This document shows positions 34,341 through 42,180 of a stretch of DNA of 64,000 nucleotides, in pieces. Position numbers and translations under genes: made by a program. The stretch comes from Bryobacterales bacterium (lineage in GTDB: Bacteria; Acidobacteriota; Terriglobia; Bryobacterales; UBA6623): NCBI GenBank assembly GCA_965204095.1, contig OZ241991.1:2376720-2440719 (forward strand). Reading direction: 5' to 3'. The stretch's first letter is position 1; the number at the start of each line of letters is the position of its first letter. The notes beneath the pieces are model-generated. The model saw nothing but the letters and a program-made list of their open reading frames with translations, ran no database searches and was not told the DNA's origin.

Positions 34341-35009
34341 ATGAACCGGATCGCCGAGAAGGAGGACAAACTGTTCGAGGCTTGGCCGTCCCGACAGGAG
34401 TCGTTCGTCCCGGACGGTCTCGTTGACGCCGACGAATATGCCCGCAGCCGCGTGAAGCTCTTGTTCGTCCTCAAGGAGGCGAACGCTCCAGGTGAGAGGG
34501 GAGACCTACGAGAGTTTCTTCGAGGTGACAGCTGGGGACCGACATGGAACAACGTGACGAGGTGGGTCGAGGGCATTGAAGGGCTTCCGTGCATCGTGCC
34601 GTGGGACAAGCTTTCGGAGGTCGACATCAATCGACGAAAGCGGGTGTTGCGGAAGATCGCGGCCGTCAATCTGAAGAAGGAACCCGGCGCCGGGGTGGCG
34701 GACTACGACCAGTTGAGAGAGGCGACGCAGCGCGACCGCCAGTCCATCTCCGAACAGTTGTCCTTGTATGCGCCCAACTACGTGATCTGCTGCGGCACGG
34801 ACGTGAGTAACCTGCTCTTCGAGGCGGAGCCCATCGGTGTGTACCCACGAAACGCCGATGACTGGAAGTCGACAAGCCGCGGGGTGCGGTACAGGATTGA
34901 GAACGCGGTGCCCCACATCGCGTACCACCATCCTCAGGCCCGAATGCCGGGCAACCTCATCCACTATGGGCTGATCGACGCTGTGGCAGAATTGGCGAAG
35001 ATATATTGA
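34341..35009 (+). CDS. hypothetical protein with UDG-superfamily-like motifs
   Basis: The start is taken at ATG 34341 (GAGGGGGA 8 nt upstream). LLFVLKEANAPG and HIAYHHPQAR resemble motif A (GE/Q-x-PG) and motif B (HPS/A) of the uracil-DNA glycosylase superfamily. The assignment is tentative. Confidence 0.4.
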   Translation: MNRIAEKEDKLFEAWPSRQESFVPDGLVDADEYARSRVKLLFVLKEANAPGERGDLREFLRGDSWGPTWNNVTRWVEGIEGLPCIVPWDKLSEVDINRRKRVLRKIAAVNLKKEPGAGVADYDQLREATQRDRQSISEQLSLYAPNYVICCGTDVSNLLFEAEPIGVYPRNADDWKSTSRGVRYRIENAVPHIAYHHPQARMPGNLIHYGLIDAVAELAKIY

Positions 35010-35062
35010 CGTGTGTAGATCGGCTTTGTGTCTCTAAAATCCCCCGGCCGCCGAAAGTGCGG

Positions 35063-35395
35063 CTAGGCCGCCGTTGTTTCGTCGGGCCACTGCCCGAGAC
35101 GGTTCCTCTGCTGCGCCAGGTCGTAGGCGGCTTGCCGCCGCAGCCAAGAGTCGGCGGTACCCCATCCTGCCGCTTCCAGCTTCAGAGCCAGTGACACCGA
35201 GATGCTGGCCCGCCCGTTGAGAACGCGGGACAGCGCGACCCGCGACACGCCGATCTTGCGCGCCGCCTCAACCACCGTCAGGGTACTTTCCCCCAGTGGA
35301 TCCTCCATGCAGCCGTGGTAGATGTGTCGCCCGGGGGGCGACGGATTGCGCCGCAGCCAGGCGTCGTACGGCACGCTGTCGTTGCTCTTGCTCAT
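35063..35395 (-). CDS. higA: HigA family antitoxin (HTH)
   Basis: TVVEAARKIGVSRVALSRVLNGRASISVSLALKLEAAGWGTADSWLRRQAAYDL is the HigA HTH pattern. It lies 8 nt downstream of the higB stop. Confidence 0.8.
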   Translation of the reverse strand: MSKSNDSVPYDAWLRRNPSPPGRHIYHGCMEDPLGESTLTVVEAARKIGVSRVALSRVLNGRASISVSLALKLEAAGWGTADSWLRRQAAYDLAQQRNRLGQWPDETTAA

Positions 35396-35403
35396 AACTC
35401 CCC

Positions 35404-35684
35404 CTAGTGGTAGTCCGTCAGGTCGACATCCAGGACGTGGCCGCCCTCGACACGGAACACAATCCGCCACAGGCGCGATACCCTCACCGCCCACTGGCCT
35501 TGCGGGTGCCCTTCAGAGGATGCAGCCGGTAAAACGGTTCGGACAGTTCGCTGAGCGCATCCGCTCCGTCGAGAGCCAACAGGATGTTTCGGATGCGCTC
35601 GACGTGTGCCGGGTGCAGCTTGCTCGAGTCGCCGCGCACGAAGAACCGCCGCAGGCCGCCGTGCCGGATACTGCGTATCGCCAC
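35404..35684 (-). pseudogene. higB: HigB (RelE-superfamily killer protein) with a 1-nt frameshift
   Basis: GTG 35684: MAIRSIRHGGLRRFFVRGDSSKLHPAHVERIRNILLALDGA...LHPLKGTRK, then the frame shifts at CGCAAGGCCAGTGG (GG where GGG is needed). It continues GQWAVRVSRLWRIVFRVEGGHVLDVDLTDYH to TAG 35404. Confidence 0.7.
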
Positions 35685-35857
35685 CTAGATCAATGTATCG
35701 CATGAATAGCAGAAACAGCACCCACAACACAGCAGGCCGAACAGGGCGCGGTCGCGGGCCTGCTCAACTCACCGTGCGCCATCGTAGCGCAGGCTGTAGC
35801 GCTTAGGTGTGTCTTTTCTCCTTTTTACTCCCTCCAAAGGAGGAGAAGAAAGCGCAT

Positions 35858-35929
35858 TTATACATCGCTGAGCGCGGCGTGGGCCTCGGTAATGGAACCG
35901 AGCAGCTCAAGGCGTTCGTCCTTGCTCAT
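35858..35929 (-). pseudogene. Truncated copy of the small-ORF family (first 23 codons)
   Basis: MSKDERLELLGSITEAHAALSDV* is homologous to the N-terminus of 32464..32733 and is preceded by an E2 copy. Confidence 0.5.
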
Positions 35930-36052
35930 CGGATTCGCGCCCAAGGCAGGGAACTGCCCCAACCATACCAGCCCGGAGGCAAAACGCCCATCGCCGTAAA
36001 AAACTCGCGCCTCAGAGCCCGCAGGAGGCGTTTTCAGCGAGGAGGTGGACCC
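35930..36052 (-). repeat. E2 repeat copy f, proximal half (interrupted by the MITE at 36053)
   Basis: The minus strand reads GGGTCCACCTCCTCGCTGAAAACGCCTCCTGCGGGCTCTGAGGCGCGAGTTTTTTACGG...GGTATGGTTGGGGCAGTTCCCTG. Confidence 0.6.
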
Positions 36053-36235
36053 TAGCCTGCATTTCTCACCACCCGACGGCCGAAGCACGCGATATGACCG
36101 CCAGGACTTCGTTGCGCTTGCTTGCCGTGCTCAACGTACGGTTCAAGTACGTCTGCGCGCGCCAAGCGGCTCACGCCTTGTCCTGACGGCCCTCTCACGC
36201 ACTTCGTCTCGCCACGTGGTGAGAAATGCAGGCTA
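36053..36235 (+). mobile_element. MITE-like repeat, short variant (copy 8), inserted inside an E2 repeat
   Basis: TAGCCTGCATTTCTCACCACCCGACGG...CCACGTGGTGAGAAATGCAGGCTA. The flanks GGACCC|TA...TA|GCCACCTGGGATTTACGCC match the uninterrupted paralogous site GGACCCTAAACCTGGGTTTACGCC at 32848-32871. Confidence 0.85.
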
Positions 36236-36303
36236 GCCACCTGGGATTTACGCCAGGGAAACGCTTTGAAGGGTCTTTCTCAGGGCTCAACGTCGGGACC
36301 CTG
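36236..36303 (-). repeat. E2 repeat copy f, distal half
   Basis: CCACCTGGGATTTACGCCAGGGAAACGCTTTGAAGGGTC... parallels AACCTGGGTTTACGCCTTGAGAAACGCCATTGACGGGTC at 32857-32895. Confidence 0.55.
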
Positions 36304-36572
36304 CTAGCGCCGCAGGCGCTCGATATCGATCACCTTGCCACCGCGGCGGACCTCACCCAACGGCCCGCGCCTCTCGGGCGGGTCGGGATCGGTGAGATCG
36401 AGTTTTTGCAGCTCGCGCTTCAACCAAACGCCACCCTCTCAGCCTTGAGGGCCTCCTTGAGCGCCGGGGCTTTCGCCGACAGCTCCCGCCGCAGCTTGAA
36501 GGCGATCTCGGAGAGCCCCGAGTGGGCTTCGGCGGCGGTGCGGACGAGCTCGAGTCGTTCGTCTTCGCTCAT
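36304..36572 (-). pseudogene. Frameshifted copy of the small-ORF family
   Basis: MSEDERLELVRTAAEAHSGLSEIAFKLRRELSAKAPALKEALKAE... then a 1-nt indel relative to copy 1 (269 nt versus 270 nt) gives a stop at 36420. The remainder still aligns at the nucleotide level down to the TAG at 36304. Confidence 0.6.
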
Positions 36573-36735
36573 GGGATCCGCTCCCGGGGCAGGAATCTGC
36601 CCCCACCATAGCAGGGCCACAGCCGTTTTCCGCCTCTGGACGCCGACGCCGTAAAAAACTCGCGCCAGGGGCACCGCAGGAGGTGTTGTCGGCCTCACTC
36701 CGGCCCCCGCATACCTAAGCAATCCGTCTCGCAAG
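36573..36735 (-). repeat. E2 intergenic structured repeat, copy g
   Basis: The minus strand reads GACAACACCTCCTGCGGTGCCCCTGGCGCGAGTTTTTTACGG...GGAAAACGGCTGTGGCCCTGCTATGGTGGGGGCAGATTCCTGCCCCGGGAGCGG. Confidence 0.55.
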
Positions 36736-36869
36736 CGGGACCCGGAGCCGACATCCCTGGCCGCTGGGCGGTTCTTCGCTCGGCACGGGCGCTGATGCGC
36801 CCGCCGGTGCGTCTACCCGCCCTCTCCTGCGTCGCTTTGCATAGGGTTAAAGGGTAAAAGCGCAAAGGG

Positions 36870-37562
36870 TTATTCCGTCCTCAGCAGGCGGAAGCCGAGA
36901 ATGGTGCCGTGGAGGCCGGGCGAGACGCTGAAGCGAATCGGCGCCCGGCAGCCCCTGGCGCTGCCGCCCCAGCCGCCGCCACGATACACCCGCTTCGAGC
37001 CTGACCCCGGTCCCTGAGGATCTGTCACAGACCCTCCCGTGTAGTCGCCTTGCCAGTCATCGACCCACTTCCACACGTTCCCCAGCATGTCGTAGAGCCC
37101 CCAGGCGTTCGGTGCCTTCCGCCCCACCGGATGCATGCGATCCCCGCTGTTGCCGTCGTACCATGCGACCACGTCCACATTCCCGTAGCGGTCTCCGCTC
37201 GTCCCCGCCCGCGCCGCGTACTCCCACTCCGCCTCTGTCGGCAAGCGGTAGCGATCTCCTCCGGACTGCCCGTTCAGCCTCCGGATAAACTCCTGCGCGT
37301 CATCCCAGGAGACTCTCTCCACCGGGCAATCGGGACCGCACTCGTCGAACCAAGATGGATTGGCCCCCATCACCGCCTGCCACTCCGCCTGCGTCACCTC
37401 GTACTTCCCCAGCCAATACCCCCGGCTGATCCGCACCCGCGTCAGCGGCTGCTCGTTATCAAGGGATTCAAGACGGAGAACCGGATTTGACTTCAGAAAC
37501 CCGCCGACACCACCCTGCCACATGCCGGAGGGCGCGCGATGCTTCCGATCCAGCATTCTCAT
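36870..37562 (-). CDS. Formylglycine-generating enzyme (FGE/SUMF1) family protein
   Basis: YWLGKYEVTQAEWQAVMG...RLPTEAEWEYAARAG...GLYDMLGNVWKWV...RGGGW motifs. No signal peptide. Confidence 0.8.
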   Translation of the reverse strand: MRMLDRKHRAPSGMWQGGVGGFLKSNPVLRLESLDNEQPLTRVRISRGYWLGKYEVTQAEWQAVMGANPSWFDECGPDCPVERVSWDDAQEFIRRLNGQSGGDRYRLPTEAEWEYAARAGTSGDRYGNVDVVAWYDGNSGDRMHPVGRKAPNAWGLYDMLGNVWKWVDDWQGDYTGGSVTDPQGPGSGSKRVYRGGGWGGSARGCRAPIRFSVSPGLHGTILGFRLLRTE

Positions 37563-37627
37563 AAGGACTCGAACTTCGGGAAGCTGGAATTTGCTGAGCT
37601 TGCGGAAGTGGATGTTGAAGGATACGG

Positions 37628-40006
37628 TTATTCCTCAGCCCGCTGCAGAAAAACGTCACTGGTGACGATCGCGGAGACCGCCACGGAGAACCGGTATCCG
37701 TTGTCTTCCAGAGCACGGCGCATCGAGAGCAACGTATGGAAATCGCCGGATTGCAGCTTGCGAGTCAGGGCGTACGTCATGAGGCGTTTGGAAAAATTGT
37801 CGACGAACTTCCGCCGTTGCGGACCTTGCAGAAGATAACGTTTGAGATCTTCGAGTCCGTGCAGCGTGGCGCCATCCGGCAATTTGGCCCAGTCAGCAAG
37901 CGAGCCGCCGTTTAACGATTTCGAGTTCGTCCGACGGCCAATCCCGTCGAACTCTTCCAGCGCGAGGCCCAGAGGATCCATGCGGCTATGACAGCCGGCA
38001 CAACGGGTTTCCCGCCGGTGCCGCGCCATCATTTCAGCCAAGGTCAACGGACGTCCGTCCCCGGCTTGGACGTCCTCCAGTTTGTCGACCGTGACGGGCG
38101 GCGGCAGCGGTGGCGTGCCAAGAATCCCGCGCAGGATATAAGCGCCACGCTCCACGGCGCTGCGCCGGTCCGGATGCGAAGTCAGACTCAGAATCCCGGC
38201 CATGCCCAATAAGCCGCCGCGACCGTCGCGGTCCGTCAATCGGACTCTTTGAAAACCCTCACTGGCAACGTCTGCCATTGCGTAGTACGCCGCCAGTTCG
38301 CGATTCACAAACGTGAAATCAGAGTCGATGAGATTCAGGATGCTCAGATCACGGCGTATGATTTCCTCGACGAAATAAAGCACTTCGTCATACATTGCCC
38401 TTTGCAGCGATTCGGTAAACTCCGGAAAGCGCTGAGGGCTGATGTCGAGATGGTCGGCGATCTTGTTGAACTTGAGCCAGTACCCGGCGAACTGCGTCGC
38501 CAGGGCGGCAGCCTTGCGGTCCGAAAGCATTCGCCTTACCTGAGCTTTCAGCACCTCAGGATCGCGCAGCCGCTGCTCGACGGCTAAACGAGTCAGTTCC
38601 TCATCCGGCGGCCCGGACCATAGAAAATACGACAGCCGGGACGCTACTTCGTGATCGGACAACGGAGCGGTCGCTTCGGATTTCTCCCGTTTCTTGTCAC
38701 TCCAGTTGATTACCTTTCTTTCCCAGCGGTGCTCCTCGGGCAAGTAGACAAACTGCGGCGAGGCCAAGATACCCTGCAATACCTGTCGACAGGCGCCCTC
38801 GAAATTCTTGCCGCTTTTGATCTGCTCGTCATAAAGGCCCTTGAGGCCGGCCGTCTCCTCTTCGCGCAGAGGTCGGCGGTAGGCCCGGGCGGCAAAGGTG
38901 GACAGGTGTTGGTAGGCCGCAGCTTGCAATTCGGCCGGCGGAGTCGGGTACGAGGAGTCAAGCCGAGCCGGTCGTGGCTCCGGGTGAAAACGGATGCCCT
39001 TGTCAGGATCGACTGAGGCGTGGGCGACAATCTGATCTGCCGCCAGCAGATAACGCGACAACTTCGAGGGGGACAACTGCATCTCGAGCCCCTGGTTCAA
39101 GAAGCCGCCGTCACTGGCTGTTCCACCCGGTTGCGTCAGACTACCGAGGCCCAGGTCGAGACCGGTCAATTCGAGCACCGTGTTGTCGTACTCGAAAGGC
39201 GTCATCTGTCGCAGCCGCGCATTGCTGGCGCGGGACGAGTCGGGTGTGATGCGCGATTCCATCTCCTTTTCGAACCACAGGCCGAAGAGTTCCCGTTCTT
39301 TTTCGGAGGGTTGGCGCTTCTGGCTCGGATGAGGCATGGCGCCGGTGGTGATGGCGCGTGCAATCTTCTCCCACTGCTGATGCCAACTACCGAGATCCTC
39401 GCCTGGCCACTGAGCCGAGTATTCCTCAATGGCAAGTCCGCCTTCACGGCTCTGTTTGCCGTGGCAGTCGTAGCAGTAATGCCGCAGGAAGGGATGGATC
39501 TCCTTTTCGAACGTCAACTCTTTGGCCGGCCCGGACAGAACTTGATATGCCATAGGTTGTTCCGGCGCCTTCTCTGACGCAGCGTCCCCTTCCTGCTTGT
39601 CCGCCTGCCACGCACCCTCGTCGATCCATCCTGCAATGATCCTGATTTGTTCCTCGCCAGGTCTGGGATTGCCCTGGGGAGGCATCGCGAGGCTGTCCGC
39701 GGCAGGAGCCGTCAGACGTTGTATAAGCAGACTTCGGGAAGACTGTTTGGCAATAATCACCCGGCCGTTGTCACTGCCCTGCAATGCAGTTTCACGGCGA
39801 TCCAGCCGCAGGCCGGCCATCCGGGTTTCCGAGCCGTGGCACTGCACACAAAATTGCTCGAAGATCGGTCGAACCTTCGTATCCCATTCCTGGGGCTGAT
39901 CAATGTTCGCCGCGAGGGCGGGGGAATAGACCATCCCGACGCCAAGGAAAAGAGCGAGTCCGCAGGCACTGATGACGGGCCGGATGGCGAAGCGGGCAGG
40001 CTGCAT
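37628..40006 (-). CDS. PSCyt/DUF1587-DUF1592-DUF1595-DUF1588-DUF1585-type multidomain protein (planctomycete cytochrome C-like)
   Basis: The start is at ATG 40006 with signal peptide MQPARFAIRPVISACGLALFLGVGMVYSPALA. Two CxxCH motifs (CVQCH, CYDCH) and a C-terminal CAGCH. The usual DUF1501 gene is adjacent. Confidence 0.75.
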   Translation of the reverse strand: MQPARFAIRPVISACGLALFLGVGMVYSPALAANIDQPQEWDTKVRPIFEQFCVQCHGSETRMAGLRLDRRETALQGSDNGRVIIAKQSSRSLLIQRLTAPAADSLAMPPQGNPRPGEEQIRIIAGWIDEGAWQADKQEGDAASEKAPEQPMAYQVLSGPAKELTFEKEIHPFLRHYCYDCHGKQSREGGLAIEEYSAQWPGEDLGSWHQQWEKIARAITTGAMPHPSQKRQPSEKERELFGLWFEKEMESRITPDSSRASNARLRQMTPFEYDNTVLELTGLDLGLGSLTQPGGTASDGGFLNQGLEMQLSPSKLSRYLLAADQIVAHASVDPDKGIRFHPEPRPARLDSSYPTPPAELQAAAYQHLSTFAARAYRRPLREEETAGLKGLYDEQIKSGKNFEGACRQVLQGILASPQFVYLPEEHRWERKVINWSDKKREKSEATAPLSDHEVASRLSYFLWSGPPDEELTRLAVEQRLRDPEVLKAQVRRMLSDRKAAALATQFAGYWLKFNKIADHLDISPQRFPEFTESLQRAMYDEVLYFVEEIIRRDLSILNLIDSDFTFVNRELAAYYAMADVASEGFQRVRLTDRDGRGGLLGMAGILSLTSHPDRRSAVERGAYILRGILGTPPLPPPVTVDKLEDVQAGDGRPLTLAEMMARHRRETRCAGCHSRMDPLGLALEEFDGIGRRTNSKSLNGGSLADWAKLPDGATLHGLEDLKRYLLQGPQRRKFVDNFSKRLMTYALTRKLQSGDFHTLLSMRRALEDNGYRFSVAVSAIVTSDVFLQRAEE

Positions 40007-40016
40007 TGGGATCTTC

Positions 40017-41366
40017 CTATCCCGCCAGCGTCGAACCATACGACTCGGCCGCCTCCTGGAACCCGTCCAGCGGGGCGCCCATGGTTTCTGCGATCGACAA
40101 AAAGAGCCGAGACATCGAGCCGCCCTGGAAATCGATAGCCCGCCCGGTCTTGATCCTGCCGCCGCCACCGCCAGCCAGAAGCAATGGATACTGGGTGCAA
40201 GTATGGCGGTTTCCGTCCCACATATCGGATCCGATCATGACCATCGAATTGTCCAGCAGGGTACGATCCGCTTCCTGCACTTCGTCCATCTTCTGCAGCA
40301 AATAAGCATATTGAGAGATATGCCAGCGGTTGATGAGATGGTATTGGTGCAGCGAAATCGGAGTCTCCTTATGGTGGCTCAATGCATGCCACTGACCGGT
40401 GACGCCGGGCAGGAAGCTGAAGTCCATGTATTTGGGGCCGTAGCTGTCAAACATGAACGTCAGCACGCGGGTCTTATCCATTCGCAAGGCCAGCACGATC
40501 AAATCAAGCATCAATCGGGTGTGTTCGCGGAAGTTCTCCGGCTGATAGAGAGCAAAATCCGGTGTCTCGCCGGCACCGCTCGGGTCATCAGCGTGAAAAC
40601 GCCTGGAGATGGCAGAGGGAGCCGCCTGTTGACGTTGCCAAGCGTTCTTTTCCCGCTCCAGGCGCTCGATCCGCAACTCCAATTCGCGAATGCCCTCGAA
40701 GTATTCGGCCAATGTCTGGCTGTCTTGCGCACTGATGCGTTTTTCAAGATCCTTGGCCTGACCAAGCACAAAGTCGAGCACGCTCTTGTCCCGCTTCAAC
40801 CAGGACTTGTCGGAGAACAAGGCCGCGAACGTCATGGCGGGATCGATCTCCTTGGAAAGAGGCTTGTCAGGACCTCTCCAAGAGATGCTGGAATCGTAGA
40901 AGGCACGGCCGTTTCTTGAGGGAGCAATGCCCATCACGAGCGAACGAAACTCGGTTTGGCCACCGATCCGAGCGGCGATCTGCTGATCGAAAGAAATGCC
41001 TGATCGGTTATGGTCCCGCCCTCCTGGTTCGCCAGTTAGAAACGCGGCGACCTTGCCGGCATGTCCGCGAACTTTGCTCAGATGCAGATGGGACACGTCC
41101 TGAAGGACATTGACCTTGTGCTTGATCTCTTCCAGCGGCTCAAGCGTAGGCCCAAGCTTCAGATCTTCGCCCGAACCGGAGGCTCCCCATTGATGCGTAT
41201 TGACACCAAGCGGAAAGAAAGTCGTCACAAAGCGAATCGGGGCCTGAGCAGCCGCCTGCTTTGCCGGAGCCGCAGTGAGCGTCGAGACGGATTCCAGCCA
41301 CGGCAGAGTGAGGCTCACTCCCGCAGCTTTCAGGAACGACCGGCGATTCGCTTGATGGTGTCTCAT
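40017..41366 (-). CDS. DUF1501 domain-containing protein (sulfatase/alkaline-phosphatase superfamily, Tat signal)
   Basis: MRHHQANRRSFLKAAGVSLTLPWLES Tat-type leader, with DUF1501-like sequence throughout. It ends 10 nt before the next gene. Confidence 0.8.
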   Translation of the reverse strand: MRHHQANRRSFLKAAGVSLTLPWLESVSTLTAAPAKQAAAQAPIRFVTTFFPLGVNTHQWGASGSGEDLKLGPTLEPLEEIKHKVNVLQDVSHLHLSKVRGHAGKVAAFLTGEPGGRDHNRSGISFDQQIAARIGGQTEFRSLVMGIAPSRNGRAFYDSSISWRGPDKPLSKEIDPAMTFAALFSDKSWLKRDKSVLDFVLGQAKDLEKRISAQDSQTLAEYFEGIRELELRIERLEREKNAWQRQQAAPSAISRRFHADDPSGAGETPDFALYQPENFREHTRLMLDLIVLALRMDKTRVLTFMFDSYGPKYMDFSFLPGVTGQWHALSHHKETPISLHQYHLINRWHISQYAYLLQKMDEVQEADRTLLDNSMVMIGSDMWDGNRHTCTQYPLLLAGGGGGRIKTGRAIDFQGGSMSRLFLSIAETMGAPLDGFQEAAESYGSTLAG

Positions 41367-41538
41367 GGATAATGCCCCTGGAGAAACATCGACATGTTCG
41401 TCTGGCGGCGTTCAAACGACCGTCCCAGACAGAGCGAAGTGCGCTCATATACCTGGCTAAAGTATACACCCGTCCAGGTCTCTGAGGAAGTCGCAAGTGT
41501 GTGGTATCATAACCATTCTGTAAAGTGAGAGAGCTGTC

Positions 41539-42126
41539 ATGTGGGGACACAAGGAAGAACCGTTGCCAACGAAAACCGCTACGCCGACAACCGGCCAACC
41601 CGTTTCCCGTTCCGACACGGCACAACCTTCAGGCTTGAGCGCGGCCAGCCGGCCGGCGGCCGGTGTTGATCGCTCCGGGCAAGTCCAAGCGAAGATCGGA
41701 AAGACCCTCAAGCTCAAGGGTGAAATGAACGGCAGCGAAGACGTTTTCGTCGATGGAGAAGTCGAAGGAATAATCGAGTTGCCTGAAAACGCCCTGGTCA
41801 TTGGACCGAGCGGCAACGTTCGTGCGAAAGTGAAAGCCCGCTCAGTCACCATATTTGGTCATCTGGAAGGGAAAGTGCAGGCTGGCGAAAGGATTGAGAT
41901 TCGCAAGACCGGATCGCTGGAAGGCGACTTGGTGACGCCTCGAATCGTCATCGAAGACGGCGCAGTATTTCGGGGAAGCATTGATGTCCTGAAACCTGAA
42001 ATCAAAGAGAAAGCGCCGCCGAAAGTGAGCAAACCCCCGCGGAGCAGACCACCGGTTGTAGCAGCATCAAGACCCGATCGGCCACCCATCACCACGGCCG
42101 GATCAACTGGCAACTCGGGTTCCTAG
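41539..42126 (+). CDS. Bactofilin family cytoskeletal protein
   Basis: Beta-helical repeat core (LKGEMNGSEDVFVDGEVEGIIELPENALVIGPSGNVRAKVKARSVTIFGHLEGKVQAGERIEIRKTGSLEGDLVTPRIVIEDGAVFRGSI) with a Pro-rich tail. Confidence 0.8.
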   Translation: MWGHKEEPLPTKTATPTTGQPVSRSDTAQPSGLSAASRPAAGVDRSGQVQAKIGKTLKLKGEMNGSEDVFVDGEVEGIIELPENALVIGPSGNVRAKVKARSVTIFGHLEGKVQAGERIEIRKTGSLEGDLVTPRIVIEDGAVFRGSIDVLKPEIKEKAPPKVSKPPRSRPPVVAASRPDRPPITTAGSTGNSGS

Positions 42127-42180
42127 GCAGCGCCCGGCAAGATCAGTCACGACAGCATCAGGGAGTGCAGGGAGAACAAG

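Larger units (their letters stand above)
29867..36869. mobile_element. tRNA-Lys-adjacent mosaic genomic island (no integrase seen)
   Basis: It starts at the tRNA 3' end. It contains decayed TA pairs, a low-GC nuclease gene, ORF6N, repeated small ORFs and repeated intergenic elements. The right border is uncertain. Confidence 0.45.

Noticed and set aside
30551-36735. Canonical integron (intI plus attC array)
   Set aside because: There is no integrase gene and no attI in the window. I could not identify R''/R' core sites (RYYYAAC / GTTRRRY) at the ends of the E2 palindromes. Two island genes are on the opposite strand. It is kept only as a hypothesis to test with the attC covariance model.
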